A stretch of 64,000 nt of DNA from the NCBI GenBank assembly GCA_012295275.1, contig CM022677.1:9920001-9984000 (forward strand), written 5' to 3'. The notes under the pieces were generated by a model. The model ran no database searches, was not told the DNA's origin, and worked only from the letters and a program-made list of their open reading frames with translations. This document shows positions 46,756 to 61,135 of this stretch, one piece after another. Each line of letters starts with the position of its first letter. Position 1 is the stretch's first letter. The DNA comes from Chrysomallon squamiferum (Eukaryota; Animalia; Mollusca). A program made the position numbers and the translations under genes.

Positions 46756-46852
46756 TTCCAGAAAAACAGCTTATTTCTGTCCAACTTCTCTCCAAATTCT
46801 CTCCACTAAATCATCAGTTGCAATCCTCCAGTTTTCCAAGGCACTGTTTATC
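46756..46852 (-). other. Candidate 97-nt exon on the minus strand
   Basis: Acceptor TGTTTCTTCAACTTTCAG| and donor GAA|GTAATG; longest frame INSALENWRIATDDLVERIWREVGQK*; all three frames hit a stop. Confidence 0.35.
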
Positions 46853-47014
46853 CTGAAAGTTGAAGAAACAACATATGAAATTTTAGACGTCAGATATCAG
46901 AAAATAATTGTTCACAACAGAAAATTGAATTTCATTCTGTACATGTGAATTTAACATGTTTTACAAGAACAAGTTCTGAGTATTTTTGATGTTTTATTAT
47001 TACTATTATTATTG

Positions 47015-47059
<45 letters not shown>

Positions 47060-47500
47060 TTTTATTAGGTCTTATTATATTTTTATTAAATATTTTGGTC
47101 ACATCTGAAAGCTTTCATATCACATAAATGCATTACAATTGTGAAAATTAACTTGTATTATTTTTTTATTTTCTTGTTTGTTTGTATGCCAGCATTACAC
47201 AAAACACTGTGGTTCACTGTTTGGCTGGTGTATGTGTTTGTTCTTTATTTGTGTTGTTTTTGTGTGTTTTGTATATATTGTGTATATGAGGTCTGTGACA
47301 TGTGAGTCTTGTTTTGTAAGTTTAATACATAAAGGAAATAGCACTAAACTGCTGTGCTGTTGTACAAGTGTCTGATATTTTGATATTTGTCTCTGTGTGT
47401 ATCTGTCTATATGTTCTTTGGTATGTTTCATGTGTGAATGTCGTGTGCAGTTTGTATGATGTGTTCATGTTGTTTTTTGGAGTAGTATATGTGGATGACA

Positions 47501-47503
<3 letters not shown>

Positions 47504-47558
<55 letters not shown>
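47504..47558. repeat. (TG)n microsatellite
   Basis: Perfect TG run. Confidence 0.95.
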
Positions 47559-47560
<2 letters not shown>

Positions 47561-48943
47561 ATGTTTTCAAAGTGATTGTTTTCTGTCTAGATGAGTGTTT
47601 GTGATGTGGTCAGGTAACTTCAATGTCTAAACACCAGAGAGCTATACCAGCAAGAATGACAGCTCCTGGTAGAGATTCCCAAGACTAGGCTGGAATGTAG
47701 GAAGGGGCCTAATCCTAGTTAAATGCTAATTCTGTCATATGACAGTCCACAACAGATGATGTTCAACCACTGGAGACCTGCCAGAGTGGAAGAATGATCG
47801 GTTCTATGCCATAAGTTACAGGTAATTCCAGATTTTAAAATCTATGGGAGAAAGCTACTGGTAATGAAAAAAGACAAGTTATTAAAAGCAACAAACTAAA
47901 TTTGTCACCATGGAATACTTAAGAAATCTCAAAAAGAAAGATACATTTTAGAGAAAGACTTCACAACAGATATCTATCCTTGCTGTCACTGTGTGATTTT
48001 AGCAGCCATTCACAAAATTTGGAATTGTTTGAGACAATTAGAAGAGCAGATGTACTAGAAGACTGGCAGATAAATCAGCAGCCCCCAACTATTAAGTTGT
48101 TCTCAAGATCCTCCAACATCTTTTCTTGACAACCACCACAAACCTAGCTTTTATTACAAACCTGCAGAGCTGAACTCAGTAGCCACAGTAATGAAACTTA
48201 CAGTAGATGTCAAGATGGAATTACAAAAAGGCAAATTGGTTCTACTTCAAACTGACAGATATCCATACAGGCAAAAAATTGCAAAGGAAACCATGCAAAG
48301 AAGAGCAAGATGAACTTATACACCTTACTGAATAGAACATCTGCAGAATCTAGTGTGTAAGCTAAATGAAGCCATAGAAATTGTGGAATAAGAGTCAACT
48401 GTTGAAGGCAACATACAGCTGAAGGCAGTAATTGCAGAGTAACTTTTGCTTTTGTTCAAACAGCAATAAAGCCATCCTTGTAACATTTTTGTCAGATCTG
48501 AAATCATAAAGCTTTCATTTCCAGATGCTGTTCTTCACCTGCTAAATAAACAACATAGCATTATGAATGAAAACAAATCCCACAGAAATATTTCATAAAT
48601 GTGACAAATCATCTTCTGTTATTAATTTTACTTTTTATTTATTTTTATTTTTTGCATTATAAATTTTTATGTTTATTAACCAATATTTATTATTTATTTT
48701 ATTTCAACAATGTTTATAATTTTAGCATTCAATGTCTTTCCAGGAAATTTTAATTGTATTTACATTTGATTAATGCTGTGAAAAGTGTAAATAATAATTT
48801 AAGTATAAATAAATAAATTAAATTTTTCACGTGGTGTAAAAGTTTTAAATTTGTCTACCCTTATTATTGTTCTTGTTGTTGTTACTGTTATTGTTATAGT
48901 GTTATTGCTATTGTTATTGCTGTTGTCATTGTAATTATTACTA

Positions 48944-48981
<38 letters not shown>

Positions 48982-49039
48982 TGTGTAGTCACTTTTATTT
49001 TGAATTTTTGTTTTTTAATATCCTGTTTTAAAGAAAGTT

Positions 49040-50630
49040 CAACACTGAGCATATACTCCACACACAGCATTCACTCTACACACACCCAAGATTTGACAGA
49101 GCACACACTCCATACACACCATACACTCCACAAACAGCATAATTCAACACACACCATCCAATCAACAAATAGCATACACACCACACAAACCATACACTCT
49201 ACACACTATACACTCCACACAAACCATACACTCTACACACCATACACTCTACAAACCATACACTCTACACACTATACACACCACACAAACCATACACTCT
49301 ACACACTATACACTCCACACAAACCATACTCTACACACTATACACACCACACAAACCATACACTCTACACACTATACACTCCACACAAACCATACACTCT
49401 ACACACCATACACTCAACATAGTAGAAACACTCCACAAGCTCCATACATTCAACAAAGAGCATACACTATATACACACCATATACTCACCAAACAATACA
49501 CTCCACACACACCAAACAGTCAACATAGAGAATACACTTCACACACTCAATACACTCAACACAGAGCATACACTCCACACACACGATACACTCCACACAC
49601 ACGATACACTCTACACACAATACATTCCACACACGATACACTCTACACACAATACATTCCACACATGATACACTCTACACTCCACAATCTCTACAGAGAG
49701 CATACACTGTACACGCACCATATATTCTACACACCATACACAACAAACACACCATACACTAAACACAGTCTACACTCCACACACACCATCCTCCAAACAC
49801 AGAGCATAAACTCCACAAACAGCTTACATGAAAAACATATCATCCACTCAACAGAGAGACACCATCCACTCAACAGGCAGCATATACTCCACACACACCA
49901 TACATTCTAAACACCATACACTCCACACACACCATACACTCAATATAGAGGATACACTGCACACAGTACATGAAACACATATCATCCACTCAACAGAGAG
50001 CATACATTCCACAAACAGCTTACATACAACACACACCATTCACTCTACAGAGAGCATACACTGTATACCCACCATACACTCTACACACCATACACTACAA
50101 ACACACCATAAACTGAACATAGAGCACAAACTCCACAAACAGCGTAATTCAACACAGATTATCCAATCAACACAGAGCATAAACTACAAAAACAGCATAT
50201 ATTCAACACTCACCATCCACTCAACAGAGAGCATACACTCCACACACACGATAAGCTCTACAAACCATACACTCCACACACACCATAAGCTCTACACACC
50301 ATACACTCCACACACAGCATACACTCAACACAGAGCATAAACTCCATAAACAGCATACATTCAACAAACACCATCCACTCAACATAGAGGATACATACCC
50401 ACACACACCATTCACTCAACATAGACCATACACTCCACACACCATACACTCAACATAGAGGATACACTCCACACACACCATACACTCTACACACCACACA
50501 CTCCACACACCATACACTCAAAACATACCATAACGCAATATTGAGGTTACGCTCCACAAACACGATACACTCAACATAGAGCATACACTCCACACACACC
50601 ATACACTATACAAACCATACACTCCACACT
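49040..50630. repeat. Second, more diverged array of the same CA-rich satellite family (16/18-bp subunits, e.g. CACACACCATACACTCCA, CACAGAGCATACACTCCA)
   Basis: Shares CATCCACTCAACAGAGAGCATACACTCCAC with domain 4, same orientation; locally homogenised 34-bp units at about 49180-49410. Confidence 0.9.
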
Positions 50631-51218
50631 CTTTTTACAGATAATTTGTTAATATTGTTTTAACTAATATAACTGGTGCTGTCATCATTACTCTTAATGT
50701 AGTCATTGTGATGTGTTTTTTTCCTCTGTCATTATTATTATTGTTTTTGTTGTTGTTGTTGTTGCTGTTATTATTATTATTTGTATTTAAATTAATGTCG
50801 CTGTCATTGGCAGCATACTGTGATGTTATTTTTTACATCATTATTGCAGTTATATTTAATTATCTGTAAAAAGAGCAAAAAACCAAAAACAAACAAAAAA
50901 CCCAATGAGAACAACAGTAATATTAACACCATACTGATAAGTTGAGAAGACACTACGAACAGATTATACTAACTAGAAGAGTTGTCAGGGTTGACGCACC
51001 CAGAATAACATGCTTATTTCTTTTTAACACATTATGTAATTATATTAACTTGAACCTTTATCAACAAAAAATCCTGTCCTTTACTATTCTTATTGAAGTT
51101 ATTACTTTTAGTCAAATTTGATTTTGCTTAAAGTTTTATTATTAAACTGCTTTCAAATAATATCCTAAATATGGTGTATTGCATATGTACAAATATAGCA
51201 AACATTTTAGATAAAACA

Positions 51219-51824
51219 TATCTGTATATAAATTAACAGTTTTTAAAGAGACAACTCAAAAATAAATAATAAAATTAAATAGAAATAATTAAATGAAATA
51301 GGCATTTTCAATAATTCAATAAATAACAATAAACCAAAAATAAAGGAAACTGGTTAGTTAAAAGACAAAGAAAATGCAGGGAATGTTAATAAGCTGGCTC
51401 CATTTCCCACAAAACACTATACAGAATTGATTATTTTCATCTAAAAGCAACAAATCGAATTTACCTTCACACTGCTTATGCAAGAGCAATCTAGTTCAGA
51501 AAGTCATAAGGGAAATAACTCTATCTGTATATAAATTAACAGTTTTTAAAGAGACAACTCAAAAATAAATAATAAAATTAAATAGAAATAATTAAATGAA
51601 ATAGGCATTTTCAATAATTCAATAAATAACAATAAACCAAAAATAAAGGAAACTGGTTAGTTAAAAGACAAAGAAAATGCAGGGAATGTTAATAAGCTGG
51701 CTCCATTTCCCACAAAACACTATACAGAATTGATTATTTTCATCTAAAAGCAACAAATCGAATTTACCTTCACACTGCTTATGCAAGAGCAATCTAGTTC
51801 AGAAAGTCATAAGGGAAATAACTC
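51219..51824. repeat. Apparently perfect 303-bp tandem duplication
   Basis: 51219-51521 repeats at 51522-51824 (TATCTGTATATAAATTAACAG...AAGGGAAATAACTC); no differences seen by eye. Confidence 0.92.
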
Positions 51825-51881
51825 TATTTAACACGTAGGTAAACATACAGAAAAGACTGAGTGTTGAGTAAATGTTTTAAA
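51720..51881 (+). mobile_element. Copy of the dispersed ~160-bp repeat family
   Basis: TATACAGAATT...ATCTAAAA...AATTTACC...TAAGGGAAATAACTCTATTTAACACGTAGGTAAACATACAGAAAAGACTGAGTGTTGAG closely matches the reverse complement of 63381-63546. Confidence 0.75.
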
Positions 51882-52551
51882 ACACACATATTATATAGAA
51901 AAGAGTTTGGTAAACGTTTGCATGCTGAAGTCTACTTTACAAACAAAAAGATCAGATCAAGAGCAATGTAACAGTTCATTACAATAGTGCAGTTTACATT
52001 TAAAACACCATGATCCTCAAAACCTTTTCTTCACTTTATCAGAATCATTTTGAGTTTGTTAGTTTTTAGAAAAACTAACGTTTTATGTTATTATGATGAA
52101 CACTGGTTATCACATATAATGGAACTGAATGACAATATTTACAGTTTATTTGCTTCAACCAGACCTGTTTATACTAATACATAAATTCAGTGAAAGAACC
52201 GTAATGTTTTACATTTTTATGTAGCTCTCTAGATTATTCCAAGTTGATTAATTAACTAATTATGAATTTAATTTAAAGGGGTATTATAGATTATCACTTT
52301 CCTTGTTACAATCTCTCTCAAGTTAATTAAGAATTAATCTGTAACAGTGAAGTATACTTACAGAACTCATAACATACTTGGTTCATCTCATGCATTCTCG
52401 CCTTTTCAGTTTACTTTTACTAATAAAAACATCTATTAATGTTTCTCAATATTCTAGACTATTCTAGTATTTGTGAAAGATGCACATGCAAATATCAGTA
52501 ATATTCATCTAGCCTCTTACCTCTCAACTGCAATTCTACTATCTTAAATAA

Positions 52552-52600
<49 letters not shown>

Positions 52601-52689
52601 TGGAAGACATTCAATATTTTCATAGGCATCCTTAAATGTTGATTCATTATTCAACTTGTTAGATACGTTATACCAGAAAAATTAAGCTT

Positions 52690-52737
<48 letters not shown>

Positions 52738-54768
52738 TTATGTGAAATAAATATTGTTAATTATAAAACAATACCTCTATTTTTCAATACACTGTGTTTT
52801 CAGTACATAATATTACCACTGCGCCTCTGTTTACAACATAAAACATGTAACATAAATAGTGATGGCGGTACTGAAGTTGCGTGTTATTTTTATAACGCCG
52901 TGTAAAATTACTCCTACTTAGCTTTTCAGTGAAATATGTTAATAAAATGTCACATTGATATGGAAGCATTCTCGACATTTTGGATTTCACATATAATTCT
53001 ACTGTTGTTTATAAAAACATGCTAACATGCTAAAAACCAATCTACATTGCTGACTGTCTGGATAACACAGGTTTCATTAAAAAATCTTTTGTCCAGTTTT
53101 GTTCTTACAAAATCAATGTCGAGACATGTTAAAACTTGTATTCGAGTATTTACTAAAACACTAAACTTTGACGTACACTGAAGTTTTTTTATATGTAATT
53201 TGTGATGCTGGACAGTTTACTTTCTATAAACAAATAAGATTTCAGTTTTATATGAATAAACTGAGGTTCAACCAGACATAGCATAAAGAATACCACTATT
53301 TACATATTATTTTTATTAAATAAATAAATAAATATTTTAATTTAATTTTAATACTGACCGCACAATTTAAATAGTGGATAGTGGATATATGTAGATGAGA
53401 AGGTGCCAGTTTAATCTGATATTTTAAATCTTCAGGTAGATTTGATTAATAACTGGAGAAGAAACATTAAGATCTACTTGATAGTAAAGACATTATTGTT
53501 ATCTTTTAATAGGATGAATCAATTTCGTCTAGCTAAATAAAAATATCCTCATATCTAATAAAACACTAGATGAGGTGGACAGGCATGTTTGTTATGATGT
53601 AAGTTACAAAGTAAAATATTAACTATATAAGATTTCTCCTAGTAGAATAAAATGCAAGTGGAATTATCAGTATATTTTATGTTGCAAAACAGAGGTAAAT
53701 ATGACATGATGTTATTTTCACCCAGTATCAACTAATAAGTTATTGTGGCGCTATTAAAATCAAAATCTTTTTTTAAATAGATTTGCATTAATATTTATTT
53801 TAAAGAAAATTAAAATGAAATGATGTATGTGTATAATCCTCTTTTTTTTAAATTCAAAAATGGTTTTAAAACTTTAAAAAATTCAAAATTAATTTGCTTA
53901 GTGTAAATATACAAAAAAGACTGAGTTAAGAGAGCGCGAAAGCGATGTACAGCATTAGTGTTCATTATTTTAAGAGATTATTATTATATATATTTTTTTT
54001 TTTTTTTTTTGATTGATTGATTTATAATTTTCATATTGCTTTTATTTTATTTATTTTTTTTTTTTTTGGCAGATTTTGATTTGAATTAAACAGAAAATAA
54101 AAATTATAAGAAATTGGCAGACATTTCCATGTGCACGTTTTAGAAATTTTTTGAATTTTTCCAAAATGTGAAAGTCAAATTATAAAATACTCCATTTGTG
54201 TACATTTTTTTTATTATTTGTTTTTTATCATTGTTAAATTATTATTTTCTAATTTTAATGATTTCTTATAGAAATAATTCTATTATTCTTTCTAAAATGG
54301 GAAAGGCAAATTATAAAAATTGGCAGAAATGTTAAACAGAAATAACTGAATATTTAAGTTTTATTATCTAGACAGGTTTTTAAGTAATTTCAACTTGAAA
54401 ATAATCATGTTTCTTCTAATTAAAAATAACAAAGTCACGGTTAATGCAAATAAAATTTTAAGTTAGTTAACACTTTACATTAGTAATATATTATTATTAT
54501 TTTTTATAAAAAATTCTAATTACCTCTAATTTGTAAATCTTCAATTATATTTACACTAATTACCCCCAACCAACAAACCCTTGATTTACCCCTGATTTCA
54601 GCTTATGTTTGTTTTCTTCACAAAAATGGCACTTCATAGCAGTGAAAAAATTAGAATAACCAAGCACACCTCAGTGATAAAAACAGTGCAAGCTGCTATG
54701 AAGTACAATGTGTACACTGGATGTTCTGATCACACTGACAATGCAGTCACTTGGAGATCACTGAATTT

Positions 54769-54898
54769 TCAAAATTCTTTCCCTTCAGATTTCTCATTTT
54801 TTTCATTGATTTCCTGAATATTGTTACTAATTTTATTCTGCTGTTCTTTTAGGTCATTTTGTTCTTCCCATAATTTAGATTGTACTGCATCCTCAAAA
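54769..54898 (-). other. Candidate exon with coding-like, coiled-coil-like translation
   Basis: T-rich tract plus TAG acceptor (AG at 54899-54900), then FEDAVQSKLWEEQNDLKEQQNKISNNIQEINEKNEKSEGKEF*; no recognisable homologue. Confidence 0.3.
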
Positions 54899-56613
54899 CT
54901 AATCAATGACAAAATAAAAAAATAAAAAATTTAAAAATTAAAAAATATATATATAAAAATAAAATAAAAGCTAAATAATAGGTCATTAGAGTGATATACA
55001 GATAGATAGCTAGAGAGATATAAATAAGATTGATGAATGGACAGATGGATAGAGAGAGATAGATAAACTGACAGACTGACAAACATGCAGCAGGTCAGAA
55101 AGTCAATATATGTTTTTGAAGAGCAGGTTGTATGTAGATGTGAAAGGATTGTGGTATATATGTTTGTATGAAAGATTGTGTTTGTGTACCTTTAAGAATG
55201 ACAGTGTATATGCAAATTTGAAAGTAGGAGTATTTTTGTGCCAAACAACAGAATTTTTCTTTTCTTTCTTAGCTCAATGCATAATTGTTATTCTGACAGA
55301 AAATAAATGTTTTTTAATTAGAATCATATTGGCTTATCTAGAGAATAAATAATATTCATTTGATATTTTACTTTATGAGGGTAGCTTATGGAGATAACAC
55401 AAAACTTACATTTTATCACACAATAGAAAATACTCAGAAAATAAAAAAGGATAATAATAATAATAATAATAATATCACATTAATATTATTCAGTTTATTC
55501 ATACAAACAACACTACAGGCAGTGAATGTAACTGAAATTCCAATGCTCAGTTATTCTCCAGACATCTGTAGAAATTAACAATAAAATATCACATAATGTA
55601 TGGACTTCCCAATTAATGAAATTTGTTCCAGTTTTAGAAATTATTTATTAAAGGAAACAGTGAGATCTCACTGGATTAATATAATAACTTTATCATCTAC
55701 TACAGATTAACTATACAGAAGATAACAGATGGAGACAAGATGTCTAGAATCACAACAGTTATATTGACAAGCTGAAAATTAAATATACTAATATCTCATT
55801 ACATACTATTTGGCTTCTCCTAGGAGAAAAATACCTGATATCACTGCTCCATATGAAATAATTTGTTGTGGTATAGCTAAGATTTCACCTGAATAGTAAG
55901 GCTTTCATCTTTCCCTTAAAACTAAATAAATAAATAAATAAAATAAGCAATACTGAGATTCAGTTTTGTATTTGATTTTTCTTATTATTTTAATATTATA
56001 TGAATACATCAGTTAATAGTGATTCTGAAAATTATATTTATATTAACAATATTAACGTGTGTGTGGAGGGGGTCATGGCAGTGATATTATGTTTTATTAC
56101 CTGCAGATTAGCAGATGGTGAGAACGAGAGCAAGAGAGGAAGCTGACATTTAATACTGCATGTGGAATCAACAATTTATAGTCATAATCTGGGAATTACA
56201 AACAAAATATCATATTTTTATTTGGATGAGCACATTTTTCAGAAAATAACTTGAGATAATTTGTTCGACTTAATTAACTTTTTTTTTTTACTTTAAGTGA
56301 CACTAAGCAAAAACTTAGTAAAACTTCTGCTGTTTACTCTGATATTTTTATTAAAATAATTTTAATTCTGTCATGAATTCAAGTTGTTTACATGAGACAT
56401 TACTATTATATTTTATTAGATGCACCTCTGGATCACAAGTATTACTCATTTCATTCATTTGTTTTAAGGAAAAAATGAGATTAATTACAGGTTGATGATG
56501 AATGCCTTATCTATTCTTGTGTGTGTGTGTGTTGTGTGTGTGTGTGAATTAGTAGCAGAAAAAACTAGTTATTATTATTATTGTTGTTATTGTTATTATC
56601 TTATTTTGTATTA

Positions 56614-56645
<32 letters not shown>

Positions 56646-59600
56646 TGGAAAATCCAGTATACACTGAAAAGTATAGCTGTGGCTTGCACATACATTCTTT
56701 TATTTTTATTATCAGTAAAAAAAAGTTGTCATTACGGGGTTTTTTATGGCTAAATCTCACTAACTAAAAGATAAATCCCACGGTGCTTTTTCAAATTATC
56801 AATCAATTAAAATATTGTTATTATTGTTTATTCTCAAATTATTCTCAAAGTTTTGTTGAGATAGTAAAATAACAGCTAAAGTTTGACCATCTTACTTAAT
56901 GTTTCAGTAAAAAAATGTAGTTTTATTATTATTATTATTATTGTTGTTGTTATTATTGTGACCTCTTTGTTCTTATACAATAAATCCCTCCTTCTCTAGT
57001 TATCAGTATAAAGTTATGTATTATTAAAAAAATGACTCGCCCTGTAAAACCACCATTAAACAACCCACAAAAAAAATCAAAAACATTTCATCTGGAAGTC
57101 GTGTCTATACTGGCCTCTTTCAATAACACTATGTATATAATATTAATATCTGATAGAATTACTGCAATTATTTTAAAATATTTAATTACAAGAGTTTTTA
57201 TATGCATATATATATATATATATATATTGCCATATTAAATTCTGATGCAAATGGAAGACACACAATATGTCTGGGTGAAGTTCTTTTGAATGACACCTGC
57301 AAACTTTAATTACATTGCAAGTCTTTGATTCAAAGGATGAGCAAACTGTTTAAGAAGTTATAAAATGTTTTTTCTTTTCTGTAATAGTGTAGAAAAGTTG
57401 TTTTAGATGATCAAGACGAACACAGTGTGGTTATACATCAATCTGCTTTCCAAGAATTGCACTCAGTCATGCTCTAAACCTGAAACTACTTTGCAGTTTT
57501 CCCAAAATTAATTGCAACCACGTCTGTTGCTATGATACATTTTACACCCACTATTTCACAATGAATTGTTACTTATTTCTTTGATTTAAGGCATTTACCT
57601 GCACCAGATTAGAAAAAAGTGTCACTAACACTTCATTAACTTGTTAGTAACATATACGGCTGCATGTTCCTCTTTTTTTATATTTGTAACTTTCGGTCGG
57701 CGTCTTCAAATAAAAAAGAAATGAACAAAAACGCTTTGTACCAAGATAAAATCCATCGACAAGCCCACAATACGATACGATACTCCAAAAAACATGAATA
57801 ACGAGCACTCCTTCCGATAGAGTTCCATACACAAATCCAACACCAAACGTAATTGGCTGAATTATAAAACGATGACCTATGATTTGATCTGTAATAAACA
57901 TATCTAACCAATCAGCACTATTATAAGTTCTGCCGCAGTCCAACTCAATTACTGATTAACCATCCCGTCGTGGAACGCACACCAGTTTGAAAGTGGTTCA
58001 AGATATTCTGGTAAACTTGAACAATTATTGTCGGAGATTGGGTACCTCTAATTAACTGTTTATATCTTTTCATAGTTTTGAAAAAAAAAAAATGCCATGT
58101 GCATTAACTTTATCTTAATATTTATAGTTATTTTTATTATGTATTAATAACTATTGTATAAAAATTTATACTACTTAATTCAGTGTTTATATTTACATTA
58201 TATTTCTTATAAGACTTTCTAATTTATTAAAAAATAAATATATTTTAAAATCAAAATGTAGAAGTATATATACTTTTAATTTCTCATAAATTTAAAAAAT
58301 ATTTAAAAAAAAAATAAATAAATAAAAGAAAAATGTCAGGTCTTGTAATCTTTTCCTGTGCAATTTCCATAGCTTAAAAAAGCACATTAATTTATATTTC
58401 TCTGTATTTCTCTGCATCTCTTTATAGAAAAATAATACATCCTTCTCTGACTATCTCTATGTTGCGCAGTTTACTTAATAAAATATCCAAGTAACATTAT
58501 ATATTTTATTATTTTTATTATGCAGGCATCATTATCCTTAGAAAAACAAGTATTATTAATAAAATATAAACTCGATTTTTTTTCGCTCTGCTGCTAGTCG
58601 TGTTATCTCAAGTTATCAGTAAAAAAGTCTGTGACATCGTTCTAAAGTAAAAATATTTAATACCACTTGCAGAAACTATTTATGTATTTGATAAATACAA
58701 GATTCTCTCTATGTTGTTTCTGTTGTCTCTAACATATAATATTGATAATTACAAAAATAATAAAGGGTGTTATGATTAATATTTTGTATGTAACAAACGA
58801 GAGATTGTAAAAACCAAGGTGTTATTGTTGGAAAAGATGGGATCCTGCGGGGTTAAAATGATATTTTCTTATCTATCACAGTTTAGTTATACTGAAAATT
58901 ACAGTCAGAGGCAAATCTTCTGGAGTCACAACGGTTATACTGCTTGTGTAATGACTAGCGCTATGGCCATAAGGTTGCAAGGGGATATTTACCATTTTCT
59001 GATACATTACAACAATCAGCACTTGAGTTAGTTACAGAAGATTTATTTGCACTGGCAACCATCATGGATTTTGAAACATTAATTAGATAAGATGAATGAT
59101 CTCCCATACAGGCACTACAACAATGAAGAAGTGATTTGATATTTTCATTTCACAATGGAAATTCAATTTCAATTCTAATTAAATTCAAAAAGTTTAATAA
59201 ATATGTAATTAGATAAATTATCAATCTTTAAAGTAAGTGTTATAATACATATTAATGTTTATGATTTTTTCTTTTCGATTTTTTACTTTCTTTCTTTATT
59301 ATTATTTGTTCCTGCAAGTATTTGCAGGTTGCCTTTTAAAGCTTTTTTTCTTCTTCTTCTTTTTTTTTTTTTTTTTTTGTCAACAGTAAAACATAGTTCC
59401 TGTATGAGCAATATTATTATTATTGTTGTTGTTGTTATTACTCTTCTGATTATAAAACAGAAAGCAGAGGTTATGACGATGCTATCAAAATTAACCTATA
59501 TTCTTAATACATGTATTTCGTTAAATCACAACAACGTCGCTGACTTTCTGGTAAAATAAAACGTAAAATACGTCGCAGTATCTCATTGTTATTTGCGTCA

Positions 59601-59968
59601 GATGCGACTATCAGAAAGTAAGAATAATAGTTAATAAAACACGAAAAGATAAGAAATACACCGATACGTTAAGAACAACGCTGTTAATAATAATAATAAT
59701 AATAAATAATAATAATAATAATAATAATAAAGAATAATAATAATAATAAAGAATAATAAGAAGTACACAATAACGTTAGTAAGAATTTACTGTAAATTTT
59801 TAGTGTAAAATATTAATACATTTTTTAAATCATAGAAAAACAGAGTTTACTGGGCAAAAAATATTTAAACATATAATATAAGAAAGAAAGAATATAAATA
59901 GTAAATAAATAAAAAAAATTAGATATCCTTTAAATTGTTTCAGTGTTGAAAACACACGCAGTATATAT

Positions 59969-59972
<4 letters not shown>

Positions 59973-60020
<48 letters not shown>
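59973..60020. repeat. (AG)n microsatellite
   Basis: Perfect AG run. Confidence 0.95.
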
Positions 60021-60022
<2 letters not shown>

Positions 60023-61135
60023 AAAAATTAGATGTCATAAAATGCGATAGCGTTGGCAGTCAGAAAATAACGAATGATTCCGAATAAATCTGTCACTTAA
60101 AAGGAATAAATTGTGAATGATAAAAAGAAATCACCAACTATTTTCCTTTTATGTATGGCATTAAAATGCCTTCATGTTAAAAATAAAAAATAAAGTAACA
60201 TATAACAACGTTATTTATAGCAGTTTAATCAGCGCTGAGTTGAATCGTCATCTTTGTTATTCTAAAATCAACTATTGACCTTGGAATAAACAATAAAGGA
60301 TTAACAAAGTTGACGATCCAACTCAGCTTTGCAATAGAAACAAAGATTTGTTTTAAAATAACTTCAGATACTTATACGAAAGCCCCCTTAAAAAAAGATA
60401 AATAAAAGTAATAATAATGTTCTTGTTTTTATTAGTTTGTTTTTATTTGTTTGTTTTTAAATAATTAGAACAGTAACGTTGCAAGTTTTAATATCAGCAT
60501 CTTTTAGTTTCCAGATAATTTATTTATCATTATTCTAGTAGGCTTTATGTGGCAGAGAAAAATATTTGTATTACCGATCACCTGAAGTTATCAAAATAAT
60601 TTATGCTGTAAATAATAGAATTACACGTGAATAACTGTAATATTGTTAATTAGAAAAAAGAGAATATTTCAAAGTTATCCAAATATTTTTCATTGTATTT
60701 TATGGCGGTTGAGAGGTGATATTAACCTTGCCTTATGTGAAGCTGCAGAAAAGTATTCACCTTATTAACATAATACGTTATATATAACATATTTCCTTTT
60801 TTTAAGTAACACATAGTAACAATGATAATATTAGTAGAAACTCATAGTAACAAATAAGTAAAACTGTTAATGTCAGTAGTAACACATAGTAACAATGATA
60901 ATATTAGAAGTAACATGTAGAAAGTAATAATGTTAATGCTTGTAGTAGCATCTAGTAATGAAACCTGTTAATACCAATAGTATCCATTAAAATATAAATT
61001 GCAGGATTGATGTATCTCAAGCAAAACTATTAATAAAGAAGTAACAAACAGTAATAATGCTAGTTCTAGTAGTAACATGTAGTAAATCTACAAGTGAATA
61101 TCAGTACTGATATATCCCAAATGTCAATAACAGAT

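Noticed and set aside
57640-58040. ORFs 57644-57943 and 57678-57911, and a possible CR1/L2-like LINE tail (TIPSWNA on the + strand)
   Set aside because: The ORFs have no recognisable motifs, and the LINE resemblance rests on one short motif amid many stops
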